From Perkinsela sp. CCAP 1560/9 (lineage: Eukaryota; Protista; Euglenozoa: Kinetoplastea): 64,000 nt of DNA. The notes beneath the pieces were generated by a model. The model was not told where the DNA came from. It was given only the letters and a program-made list of their open reading frames with translations, and searched no databases. A program made the translations under genes and the position numbers. Of the stretch, positions 23,077 through 33,280 are shown piece after piece (the stretch's first letter is position 1; the number at the start of each line of letters is the position of its first letter). The stretch is taken from positions 124,001 through 188,000 of the forward strand of contig CBFFSA010000019.1 in NCBI GenBank assembly GCA_965644495.1, read 5' to 3'.

Positions 23077-23771
23077 ATTATTGTACGTGTGCTTCTCTCT
23101 AGATTCGTGGGAAGCAATTTGCGAAGCCCAACTACCTTGATAACAAATTTTAGTACCCATTTTGGCCGCGCGGGGGCCCCCGCGTGAGCGGGGGTGCGCG
23201 CGGCCGCGAAACGGCGAGGGCCCGCGTGAGCGGGCCTGAGCCGTTCCCCGCGTAGGATTCCCCTGTGCGTCGTTAGTGGGAAGCAATTTGCGAAGCTCAC
23301 TGAATTTCGTAGTTTTCGCTACGCAGGCGTTGTCGCTACGCAGGTCCGTTGAAGCTGAGGTGCTAAAACCGTTGAAGCTGAGGTGCTAAAACCGTTGAAG
23401 CTGAGAGTCGACACTCCCAAACTATGCCAGCAAGAAGGCAAGGGGTCAAGGAGCACTGCTTTTGGCAGTGTCGGGGATTGCAAGCGCACTGTGGACCTGT
23501 GTTTACCACTTCCGCAGGATTGTCCAGAGGCAAGGCCCAACTGTGAGCGTAGCCCTGGGACATAATTATATTCTGCAGGTATCATAGGGGGGGGTAGGTT
23601 TCAAAGGGGGGTACAAAATCTCTTCGAAGAAGTCTTCCCGCCAAGCTTCTTCACATGACGAAGATACCGTTTCTGTAAAAATGTGAAACTAATCGGTGCG
23701 TACACTTTACGTACGCACACTTGACGTACGTCAACGGGATTTTGGACGGTAGATTTCCGTTCGTTGAGTAC

Positions 23772-24797
23772 TCAACGAACGTACCCCCAACCCCTAACAC
23801 CTTTGCAGAATGTACGAATATCTTGGAAGATGCGACGTACACGGGAACCTCCGTTGACAGAGAGTGTCGCGTTAGCAATTTCTGCGAAAAACTTCATTCG
23901 GTGAGCGCGAGATATTTCATCGTTGCCAAGACGGCCCCCACGAGCTTTGAGTTCCTTTTTGAGGAGGCCATTGGCATGTTCCACGGTATTAGTGTGGATG
24001 CCGGAGACTGTTACCCAATGTTTTCGATGGTTTACGGCCCCATGGCGCCATTCCCGATTTAGACACTTGCTGGCACCAGCGCAGTCCGTATATATTTGGC
24101 AACGGGAGTTCTTGACAAGATGGCGCACATGAACGGTCATAGTGGCAGCATCTGTGCTTTCCAGGTACTTTACAAATATCTCTTTCATGGGACCTTCTTC
24201 ATCTGGGATCTCATCGCAGTGTACCAAAGTATGGTACCAAGAGGAACCATCGCGTCGGACTCTTTTCCCTCGACCGCACCCCATTCGCTTGATCCGGGAA
24301 ACGCACGTTTCGTCCTTTTGCATGAAAAGAACTGTGCCCTGTGAAGCGTCGAAGCGCATGTCGTGCGCAGTGCTAATAATGTATTCGAAGAACTGAAACA
24401 ATTTGACAATTGTAAGCTTGCCAAGAGTACATTCGCGGGAAACTTGTTGAAGGGACATACCCTCGATGAGACCGTACAACACGATGAGTGTGTCCTTAAT
24501 ACTCCGTTTGCTTTTTAAATTAAATAAGGGTTCCATCGCACTGTAACGTGCTCTACACTCTGTAGTTTCCACGTAAGGACAATACCAATGGGAACCATCA
24601 TGTACACACATGATTTCCTTGGTGTCATGATACTTGACTTTGTGGCACCACACCTGCTGGGCAACAAGTTTGTGATTCTTGAGCCAACGTGATAAAAGTT
24701 CTTCAGTACTGTCCGCAAAACTGGAGAAAGAGATGTTCTTTATACATTCGAACTCCTCACACCCCTCGCAAAACCAATTCACGGGATTTTGTGACAT
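23772..24797 (-). CDS. Merlin/ISXO2-like (IS1595 family) DDE transposase
   Basis: Cys-rich N-terminus, QKDET, IYTD, VNH...W....G.HTNTVE; open frame. Confidence 0.88.
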   Translation of the reverse strand: MSQNPVNWFCEGCEEFECIKNISFSSFADSTEELLSRWLKNHKLVAQQVWCHKVKYHDTKEIMCVHDGSHWYCPYVETTECRARYSAMEPLFNLKSKRSIKDTLIVLYGLIEGMSLQQVSRECTLGKLTIVKLFQFFEYIISTAHDMRFDASQGTVLFMQKDETCVSRIKRMGCGRGKRVRRDGSSWYHTLVHCDEIPDEEGPMKEIFVKYLESTDAATMTVHVRHLVKNSRCQIYTDCAGASKCLNREWRHGAVNHRKHWVTVSGIHTNTVEHANGLLKKELKARGGRLGNDEISRAHRMKFFAEIANATLSVNGGSRVRRIFQDIRTFCKGVRGWGYVR

Positions 24798-25897
24798 GAT
24801 TAGACGGCTATGCAATATTCCTATACTTATGCAATATTCCTATATTTATGCAATATTCCTATACTTATGCAATATTCCTACATTTATGCAATATTCCTAT
24901 ATTTATGCAATATTCCTATACTTCCACCGTCGCAATCGACCAACTCATATAAAGGGGGTCCCTGCTAAAAATTGACTTCTGCAAAAGTCCTTGACTTACG
25001 CAAAAGTCCTTGACTTACGCAAAAGTCCTTGACTTTGACCCCCAAAGTGTCTTCCTGGACCTTTTTTTAACAAGGGAAGATTTTGTGTATAAGGGGTACC
25101 CCCTCAAAACGGCACTTTTCGGCCTAAAATGGCCGATTTTGGGCAAAAAGCACCATTTTTACCCGCTTTTGGTCATTTTGAAGGGGTCACCCCTGATACT
25201 GAAATGTCGTTCTTTGAAAGAAAAAGCATGGGGAAGGTACATAGAGGTCTTCTTTATGCGTAATTGAGTCTGGTTTGGATTATACGTCACGGATCTAGGT
25301 GTGGTCTGCTTTTTTCGAAGCGTTTTCGCAAAAAAATGCATTTTTTGAGACCGCCAAAAGTGCTTATAATAGAATCGTAGATGTGGGGAAAATCAAGCAA
25401 AGAATAGTTCAGACAGTGAATTTTGATTGTCCAGCACCGAAACTACGTTTTTCATTAAAGTCACATAAAGGGTCCAAATCCGAATTTTTGTCTATGCAAT
25501 TTATGGTAACTTGTACAACGATGGGTAACTTTGCCCGTTTGGCGCAGTGTACTTGGTAGGCATAAAGTGATCTCTTTACGACTTCATGCCGCTCAGGCTG
25601 AACGTAGCTGGTCCGGAAAGGTTTCACCGAGGTTTCGCGAGGCCCCCAAACGAAAAAAGGCGAATCACATCGGATTTCTCCGGTTGGGTTCTCCGCATTT
25701 GGTGTTTCGAGATCGATTAGGAACGCAACTCGGCCAAATCTTGGCGATGGGAAGCAGTACAATAGTTGGCTACAGTTAGCTGGTTACAGTAGTTGGTATT
25801 TTAGAGAATTTTTTAGAGTTGGCATTTTTTAGAGTCGTGCGTGGAGTTATCGGAAATCCGGAACCCCGTCGCCCGGTCTCTGCATTTTTTCGGAAAA

Positions 25898-25970
25898 TGC
25901 GAACTGTGAGGATCGAACTCACGACCTTGGGATTATGAGACCCACGCGCTGCCGACTGCGCCAAATTCGC
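25898..25970 (-). tRNA. tRNA-Met(CAU), elongator type
   Basis: Cloverleaf GCGAATT...CTCATAA...GAGTTCGATCCTC...AGTTCGCA. Confidence 0.92.
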
Positions 25971-26045
25971 CCCTCTCGTTCGACGCATAAGCTCTAGATT
26001 CATTCTTGTTTTCATGTCACAAGGCGTGACTTCGCCGGTGTTGAT

Positions 26046-26118
26046 GCCCCAGTGGCCTAATGGTTAAGGCGTCGGATTTCTAATCCGGAGATTGCGGGTT
26101 CGAGTCCCGTCTGGGGTA
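26046..26118 (+). tRNA. tRNA-Arg(UCU)
   Basis: GCCCCAG acceptor, TTTCTAA loop, GGTTCGAGTCC, followed by TTTT. Confidence 0.93.
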
Positions 26119-26131
26119 TTTTCATCGAAAA

Positions 26132-26213
26132 TGCTGGAGGTGGGATTCGAACCCACGAAGCAATCGCAGTGGATCTTAAGTCCACCCCCTTTGACCAACT
26201 CGGGTACCCCAGC
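26132..26213 (-). tRNA. tRNA-Leu(UAA)
   Basis: GTGGA-CTTAAGA-TCCAC anticodon arm, long variable arm, GGTTCGAATCC. Confidence 0.92.
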
Positions 26214-26270
26214 GTGCGATGCCTTCGTTTGAGACTCTGGGTAACCGAGTAGGCCAGCACGGACTAAAAA

Positions 26271-26352
26271 CGCAGACGGCAGGGTTCGAACCTACGCATG
26301 CAGAGCACAACTCCTTAGCAGGGAGTCCCGTTAACCACTTCGGTACGTCTGC
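26271..26352 (-). tRNA. tRNA-Ser(GCU)
   Basis: ACTCC-CTGCTAA-GGAGT anticodon arm, long variable arm, G discriminator. Confidence 0.92.
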
Positions 26353-27760
26353 TTGGCAATGTTCCTGGTAGATTCTAACTGGCCGTGATACCGCTAATTT
26401 TTTGTCCAGTCGCGCATCGTTCCGTCACGGACGCCTTTCATGACGTCCTTGTGCTTGGGATTAAGTGGGCGCCGTGACCTCTGGTAGCTCCTGCATTTTG
26501 CTTACCCTCGCAATCAACTAAATATTTGGAACCGTCCCGACGGCATTACTGTTTTTCTGCACTATAATCCACTGAATTCCCTGAGTTTCAAAGGGTACAA
26601 TACGCGTAATCAGGTTACATTATGCATTATAAGGGTGCGAGTATTATGCGTTACAAGGGTGCGTGTGCCGCGGTCTGTTACAGTACACCCCTCCGTCTGC
26701 GTAAAGAGGCAGTTTTGGCCTAAAACTCGAGTAAATACTCGAGGTATTTTCACCCAAAAAAGTTAGATGTTCAAGCATGGGTCATTTTGGGAGGTCAAAG
26801 TAAAGGAATATTGCATAAGTATAGGAGTATTGCATAAGTGTAGGAATATTGCATAAATTTTGTCCCCCGACCCCTTTATATGAGATCTCTGATTCTGAAA
26901 AATACATAGAAGCCATGTGGAGATCTACACTTATACTACCTAAGAACCCTGTCTTTTTCAAGTTTATGAACAAAGTTTGGCCAGACTAGAGACGAGACGT
27001 TTGTTCCAAAAAAGTTTCGTTTCGACGACCTCATTTCGTGCTTCAATACGAAGCAACAGATGTAGCAGATTCCCACTGAAAAGAAATCTCCGTGCACGAA
27101 GTTGACTCCAAGATAGCAAGCGCATAGGTAGGCATTTCTCGTTCAGGGAGATACGGTTTCTTTTCAGTGCGAACCTGCCACATCTGTTGCTTCTCCCTCT
27201 GTCTCCCTCGCCCCTTTATGCCTGGATTCGGGCAAAGTTACCCTTCCTTGTATGATTTTTCGGCTTGGGTGTACGTTCGCTGATTTCTCAACGAAAATCC
27301 GGATTTTCGTTGAATACTCAACGATCGGATATTTTCGAGAGAGAAAATGAAAAAAATTTCAACTTGGCGACCAAAATGTTAAAAAAAGTATTTTTTTAAA
27401 ATCGTTTCCCCTATTGCACGTTGAGAGCTTGGGACCTACACTGGCTTTCTAGACCGTTGTTTTCACAAGATACTCCCCCTGTCGTTAATAATCATAATCT
27501 TAAAAAAATTATCATTCTATGTGGTGAAAACTCTTAAAAAATTATCAACTTATTTTCATGCACGCCGGACTTTCTTACAAAAATTCTTGTGTCCTAAAAA
27601 CAACGTTTTTTGAACTAAAAAATTATCAACTTATCTCCATGTTTTAGACCGTATTTTCGTATTTATTTTTCCGTTACTTCTCGATAATCGAAAAAGAAGT
27701 GCCCATTAGATGAATCGGGCTTCATTAAAAAATTTACAAGCTTTGGTGGACGACCATTTC

Positions 27761-27792
27761 AACGATAAAGATACAGTTTCTGTACCTTGTTG
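27761..27792 (+). other. Spliced-leader exon at the 5' end of the CRE element
   Basis: AACGATAAAGATACAGTTTCTGTACCTTGTTG; core ATACAGTTTCTGTAC...TTG as in kinetoplastid SL exons. Confidence 0.85.
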
Positions 27793-27838
27793 AATTATTT
27801 TCTATATTTCATCCTTTTTCAGGTACGCGGTTCGTTCT

Positions 27839-30800
27839 ATGTCAGGCGAAGACCACTTTGAAGAGCCATCTCCTATGGATGACGATTCGTTTTTGCATGA
27901 GGAGGCGACTCATAAAACAGGATCCTGGGACCAGTTCGCGGGTAATGCGCATCTCATTAAACAGCCGAGTACCTACAATGAACTACTATACACAACTCCT
28001 ATACCTGCGAATATTCCTCATGACTGGTGCAAAAATGCTGCTTTGATTTCCCACGAAAAACCGACGCCTGATACAGGACGCGAAGATGGCAGCGATGAAG
28101 AATCAAATCACTCTCGTGTGCTTATCGGCCCAGATCACAACACCCAATCACCACAGTCTGAAAAGGATTCTGTCGCAAGGAAGTTCTCTCGACGTCGAGT
28201 AGCCACTATACCTCCCTGCGCTAAAGGACATATTCGAGGCATCATAAAAACCACCAAGACGCGAGAGAAAACCACGCCCATTAGAGGCGAAGCGTCGGAC
28301 CTTAGGGCACACGACAAGGACCCATGCGATAGAGGAGATTCTCCTGCAATGGAGCTCGATCAATCCGCTGGGACCGCCGTTCACGAACAAACTCCCCCTT
28401 ATTTCCCGCTGTCGCAGCAACAAGGAACGTTCCCAGCTAACAGGTGTGAAGAAGAAGTTGACTCAGCGGAAGTGAGTCAAAAACAACTGGAACATGGCCC
28501 CACCAGCTCACAAGATCCACCCCTACCCTGCAATAGGGTCGACGCTCGAGAGTGCCCAGCCCAGGGATGCTCATGGCGGAGCTTACCGCATGGCGGGTCG
28601 TGGCAAGCTTTCTATAACCACGTCGCTTGCCGGCATGGAAGCAGCATTCCTGCAGAGTGGTGGGAGGGGGAGGGTCGCTTCGTATGTTCCTCTTGCGGGC
28701 GTAACTATGATAAAAGCAAGCGTTCATCTCACTCTCATAGCTGCCAAGCAACAAAGGCCTCCTCATTACCCGAACCTCACGCCGAAACCCTTTCTGAGGA
28801 AGACAGCCCCACCCTGGTGGATGGAACCACGCAGCTCGAGCTTCCATCTTTATCCAATATCTGCTCACTACCCCTTAGTACGTGCAAAGACGTACCGCAT
28901 CGATGCCGCCAGTTGTGGGGCGAAATTCTTACAGAGGCCATGGATAACGCCGTCAAAGAAAATACGCTGCAGTCATGGACCTTGTTGGCCATGTTGCCTA
29001 AATGTGTCCTTCCCGCCCCGCGCCGTGGAGGGCGCAAAGGTCACATGGCTTACGCTTCCCACGCCTACAGTTGCATGCAGCGTTGGCTTGCGTTGGATTA
29101 TTCCTCCCTATGGCAAGAGGCCACGACGAACTACCGCAAAAAGAAAGTAACTCCTACCGAGGATAGTGATGAAGATGAAAAAGCAGCACTAAGGGCAGAA
29201 CTCCTTGCTCGACAGGGAGAATATTCCAGAGGCATGGCTGCTCTAACGTCAGACCCCATGGCTCCGGACGACGACGACACATTCTCTAAATTACAAGAAA
29301 AGCACCCCTGCCGTTTGCTCGTTCCGGGGGCCGCCAACTTTTTCCCCGCAGCAGAGCCCCTGGAGTTGGATGAATCTGAAATCGCGAAGGCAATCAAGGG
29401 CTTTCACAGAGGCTCCTCCGCGGGTACCTTGGGATTACGCCCCGAGCATTTACAGGCAGCGCTCCTTACCCACGGAGGCAAGAACACAGACCCACTCGAA
29501 TCCCTTACGAAGCTCGCTAATCATCTCCTCGCAGGAAAAGCACCAAAGGAAGTACAGAGTCACTTTGCGGGAGCCCGACTGTGTGCCCTAGAGAAAGGTG
29601 AAAACGACGTTCGCCCAATTGCCGCCGGGGAAACTTTGCGACGGTTAGTGAGCAAGGCTGCATGCAACGCAGTCAGGTCCAAGGCTAGAACTCTTTTTGC
29701 AGGACGGCAATTTGGTGTGGCTACCCCAGCTGGGAATGAACGCATTATCCACATGTGCCGCTTGGCCATCTCATCAAACATGGACTGCTCCAACTTTGTA
29801 CTCTGCAAAGTTGACCTACGGAACGCTTTCAACAACGTGAGCAGGACTTGTTTTCTTCCTCTAGTCCAAGAGCACTTCCCAGAGCTATTCCCATGGATAA
29901 GCTGGTGTTACTCGAACCCCAGCTCCCTCACCTATGGACTCCGATCACTTTCTTCTGAAGAGGGAGTGCAACAGGGCGACCCTTTAGGACCGCTACTCTT
30001 CTCGCTAGTGTCCTTAGCGCTCGCAGAAGCAATTGCTCTTCAGGCTAACCTCTTTGCCCAGTTATGGTACCTCGATGACGGCGTCCTCATTGGACAAGCG
30101 CAAGACGTTAGGAACGCCCTCGACACGATTGCCCGAGTAGGTCCACAATGGGGTTTACATCTTAACATGTCTAAATGTGAGATCGTTACACCCCCGGCAT
30201 CGGCACACCACGCCTCCGAATTTCCAGATATCCCCTCCAATAAGATCAATGTCCACGGCAATTTCGACATCCTTGGGAGCCCGGTGGGATCGCCAGAACA
30301 TTGCTCAGAGTACCTCGAGACACATGCCATAGGCCCCGCGGAGGACACGCTTGACGCGATAGCCACCATCCGGGACCCACAGGTCGCACTTGCCCTTATC
30401 AGACAGTGTGCTGGGTTTTGCAAGATGGTGTACGCTCTGAGAAGTACACCGCCCCAAGCCATAACCCATCTATGCACCCGACTCGACGGCTTTCTTATGA
30501 CTGCTACCGAAGCAATAATTTGCCCCCTGGATCGCCACGCGCGATCTCAGGTACAGCGTTTGAAGCGGCACGGCGGTTTTGGATTAAGGTCCGCAGCGTT
30601 GCACGCCACGGCCGCCTACGTATCTTCCGTCGCTTTCTGTGCGGCCAGAGACTCATGGAACCCCACTGACGCAGATGGATTCGCGGAAGCTGTCAGGGAT
30701 ATCAACAAGAAGGCCGGAATATCTTTACTTGACTCGCGAGGCCGTATCCTCACAGCGCCGAACGCCCCTTGCGAAAAAGCAGTTGGCAGCCCTTTCTCCC

Positions 30801-31831
30801 ATAGAAAGAGGAAACGCCCCCTAGGTGTCATCGATCAGCCTCCCTCGGAGATCTGCCTACCCCTGCGCATAACTTCCCGCACCATGCATACACCTGAGGA
30901 AATACACTTTTCTACACCGCTGTACGCCTCGGAGGATTGTGCTGATACGACCCCCCCGCAATGGTTGAAAGGGAAGATCCCTCGCCAGCGAGACATCAGC
31001 TACGCGATCGCGGCCCACGATTTCTCCCAATCATACGAAATGTCAGATGTGCGGACACGAGCACGATGGATATCTCAGTGCGGTAAAGGGGCAAGCAGCT
31101 GGGCTTTTGTAACCCCGTCTAAGGACATGGGGTATTCCTTTACCCCTACAGCATTTCGAACCTTGGCCCGTTGGTGGTTAGGGATCGATGTTTACCCTGA
31201 AGAAGGGAAGTGTCCTATGCCGAAATGCCCTCTTCCACTCGACACAAAAGGGGACCACGCATTGTCTTGCAAGCACGACAACGGAATTATCGCGAGGCAC
31301 AATGCCGTGGCAGATCACTTCACGGACCTTTGCAGCAGAGCCAAACTGGCCCCACAACGGGAGAAAAGTCTTGGCAACAGAGGCCCAGGGGGGGGCCTCA
31401 CCAGACCTGGCGACGTATACCTGCGCAGTCTTTTCTTGGGGAATCCCATCGTGCTTGACTTCGCGGTCACCCATGCTCAGCAACTAAAATATACGGACAA
31501 AGTCCGGAACGCTAGCTGGGTAACCGCGGGGTCGTTTGCCGAGCATTATTCCTCCATGGAGAAGGGTAGGCAGCGCCGGGAAGCCGTTGACGCCGGGTGT
31601 GACTTTACGGCCATGGTGGTCGAAAGCTATGGCGCCTGGAGCCCCAGTGCTTCAGCAGTGATCCGCAAAGTTGGGGAACGTCTCTCACATGCCTCGTGTG
31701 GGTTATTGACAGAGGGGGAAGCCACGAGCAGAATCTTTACGGAGCTGAACGTCACCCTCATGCGCCTTCAGGCGCGCATGATGGTTACTCGTTTACTTCC
31801 TGAGGATCCGCTCTCTCCTACGGAGGTGTAA
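27839..31831 (+). CDS. Retrotransposon polyprotein: LsmAD-like domain, two Zn fingers, RT, CCHC and restriction-like endonuclease
   Basis: RPIAAGETLRRL, QFGV, DLRNAFN, GVQQGDPLGPLLF, YLDD, GGFGL; C..C...DH.LSC, RHNAV, RPGD, LDFAVTH, VESYGAW. Confidence 0.93.
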   Translation: MSGEDHFEEPSPMDDDSFLHEEATHKTGSWDQFAGNAHLIKQPSTYNELLYTTPIPANIPHDWCKNAALISHEKPTPDTGREDGSDEESNHSRVLIGPDHNTQSPQSEKDSVARKFSRRRVATIPPCAKGHIRGIIKTTKTREKTTPIRGEASDLRAHDKDPCDRGDSPAMELDQSAGTAVHEQTPPYFPLSQQQGTFPANRCEEEVDSAEVSQKQLEHGPTSSQDPPLPCNRVDARECPAQGCSWRSLPHGGSWQAFYNHVACRHGSSIPAEWWEGEGRFVCSSCGRNYDKSKRSSHSHSCQATKASSLPEPHAETLSEEDSPTLVDGTTQLELPSLSNICSLPLSTCKDVPHRCRQLWGEILTEAMDNAVKENTLQSWTLLAMLPKCVLPAPRRGGRKGHMAYASHAYSCMQRWLALDYSSLWQEATTNYRKKKVTPTEDSDEDEKAALRAELLARQGEYSRGMAALTSDPMAPDDDDTFSKLQEKHPCRLLVPGAANFFPAAEPLELDESEIAKAIKGFHRGSSAGTLGLRPEHLQAALLTHGGKNTDPLESLTKLANHLLAGKAPKEVQSHFAGARLCALEKGENDVRPIAAGETLRRLVSKAACNAVRSKARTLFAGRQFGVATPAGNERIIHMCRLAISSNMDCSNFVLCKVDLRNAFNNVSRTCFLPLVQEHFPELFPWISWCYSNPSSLTYGLRSLSSEEGVQQGDPLGPLLFSLVSLALAEAIALQANLFAQLWYLDDGVLIGQAQDVRNALDTIARVGPQWGLHLNMSKCEIVTPPASAHHASEFPDIPSNKINVHGNFDILGSPVGSPEHCSEYLETHAIGPAEDTLDAIATIRDPQVALALIRQCAGFCKMVYALRSTPPQAITHLCTRLDGFLMTATEAIICPLDRHARSQVQRLKRHGGFGLRSAALHATAAYVSSVAFCAARDSWNPTDADGFAEAVRDINKKAGISLLDSRGRILTAPNAPCEKAVGSPFSHRKRKRPLGVIDQPPSEICLPLRITSRTMHTPEEIHFSTPLYASEDCADTTPPQWLKGKIPRQRDISYAIAAHDFSQSYEMSDVRTRARWISQCGKGASSWAFVTPSKDMGYSFTPTAFRTLARWWLGIDVYPEEGKCPMPKCPLPLDTKGDHALSCKHDNGIIARHNAVADHFTDLCSRAKLAPQREKSLGNRGPGGGLTRPGDVYLRSLFLGNPIVLDFAVTHAQQLKYTDKVRNASWVTAGSFAEHYSSMEKGRQRREAVDAGCDFTAMVVESYGAWSPSASAVIRKVGERLSHASCGLLTEGEATSRIFTELNVTLMRLQARMMVTRLLPEDPLSPTEV

Positions 31832-32715
31832 ACGTTCGTAAGCGTCGACCGCGCCCCTTTTGGCACGGGAACACGTTTGCGCCCATGAAGAGCTGGTCGG
31901 GATGCTGGTCGAGTCGACAGAGTCTATACTCACGCCTAGCCCGCGAGGGCTAGGTACCCCAAGTGAGGTAGTACACGGGTAGTGAATCTCCTCCCCGTCG
32001 GCCAGCATCCTGTTTCGTGACCGTGTCGCTGTCGACACAGGCCCGCGCCTGCGCCCTCCCGTATAGCAAGGGAAGGGTTCACAAGTCAGGCCGTGGAGTG
32101 GTCGAAAGACCCGGTCCGGAACGCGCGAATGGATTGGGTCTGGATTGCTTGTTTTTATTTTTACTGTGTCTTATTTGTCGTATATACTTAGGGGAGATTG
32201 AATTGCTAGTTTTGGGCTGAGAAAAAAGAAAAAGAAAATATACTTCTGTGGAAATGAAAAGAATTGCTAATTTGATTGCTTGTTTTAAATTCATATACCC
32301 AAAAAAAAATTCAACTTGGCGAAAAAAATGACAAAAAAAATATTTTTCCAAAATCGTTTCCCCTATTGTATTTTGATAGTTTGGGACCTACACTAGCTTT
32401 CTCCTCAGTTGCTTTCGCAAGGTATCCCTTCTTCGAACCGTGGTGCGCCCCTCAAAATGACCCAATTTTGACTAAAAGAGGTGAAAAAGTATTTTTCAGA
32501 CCCCAAGGGGCCTTCTTGTGTTGAAAGAATGGTATGGTTGGAGTCGCATTCTCTACCCAATACGTTCGGTAGGCTTTCATTCATGCCTACGAGTGATTTC
32601 CCATGCGCAAATGTCGGATTTAGTGCTCTGACAGCAAAAATACGCGAAAATCACCCCATTTTTACTCGAAATTCGGCTATTTTTGGCTATAATCTTTCCG
32701 TTTTCCAGGCTAAAT

Positions 32716-32832
32716 TTTCTTTTTTAGGCTCTTCGTTAAACGCGGCGGTAGTTTTCAACGCGAAGCGCGCAGCATGAGTGACTTCTAAGTTGAAAACAAC
32801 CACCGCGTTTAACGAAGAGCCTAAAAAAGAAA
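32716..32832. repeat. ~100-bp palindromic dispersed repeat
   Basis: AGGCTCTTCGTTAAACGCGG...CCGCGTTTAACGAAGAGCCT; also at 51352-51457 and, degenerate, 49553-49655. Confidence 0.8.
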
Positions 32833-33027
32833 ATTATCAATGTGCGAGTGGTCCCCCATTTTTTTCAAATTTTTTTTTCAGTTTTGGACCACCGGAGCCC
32901 CCTTTTATATTTTTTTCTTCTATTATATTACTGTGTTCCTCTTTATATTTTCACTGTTTTTGTTCACTTTTTTTTCAATAATCGAGTGTAGAGCGGTAGT
33001 TTTACAACCACCGCAATGCATAGTTAC

Positions 33028-33280
33028 TGCACATTGATAATGCATAACGTGCCGCACATTGATAATGCATATAGCACATTGATAATTCATAGTTTCTGCA
33101 CATTGATAATGCATATAGCACACTGATAGTGCATACTAAGCGGCACATTGATAATGCATATAGCACATTGATAATGCATATAGCACAATGATAATACATA
33201 TAGCACATTGATAATGCATATAGCACATTGATAATGTATACAGCACATTGATAATGCATACAGCACATTGATGATGCATT
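33028..33280 (+). repeat. 20-bp minisatellite (ATAGCACATTGATAATGCAT)n
   Basis: Tandem copies; inverted counterpart at 38849-39068. Confidence 0.9.

Larger units (their letters stand above)
20666..24928 (-). mobile_element. Merlin element, inner, carrying the transposase
   Basis: GGT(CA/GG)AAGTATAGGAATATTGCAT termini with 19-bp repeats, 9-bp TSD GTCGCAATC (20657-65, 24929-37). Confidence 0.9.
19708..25040. mobile_element. Merlin element, middle
   Basis: GGT(GG/CA)AAGTCAAGGACTTTTGC termini with 19-bp tandem repeats, 9-bp TSD CCCAAAGTG (19699-707, 25041-49). Confidence 0.87.
18802..25536. mobile_element. Merlin (IS1016/IS1595-like) element, outer
   Basis: GGG(G/C)AAAGTTACC termini, tandem ACCATAAATTGTACAAG subterminal repeats, 9-bp TSD GTTTGGCGC (18793-801, 25537-45). 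Confidence 0.85.
27761..32160 (+). mobile_element. CRE-clade non-LTR retrotransposon, full length (3' end approximate)
   Basis: SL head, single 1330-aa ORF, GC-rich structured 3' UTR. Confidence 0.85.

Noticed and set aside
25533-25560. tRNA-like start GCCCGTTTGGCGCAGT
   Set aside because: Explained by the Merlin terminus plus its TSD; no B box.
26353-26700. snRNA or 7SL gene divergent from tRNA-Ser
   Set aside because: An Sm-like AATTTTTTG and a U5-like GCCTTTCAT are present, but I could not match a full snRNA; needs Infernal.
27761-27792. SL RNA gene
   Set aside because: Exon is not followed by a GT donor or intron in any of the four copies, and the flanks differ.
27345-32402. ~100-bp direct repeats (27345-27450, 32300-32402) as TSD or LTRs of the CRE element
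   Set aside because: Too diverged and not adjacent to the element ends; likely a separate dispersed repeat.
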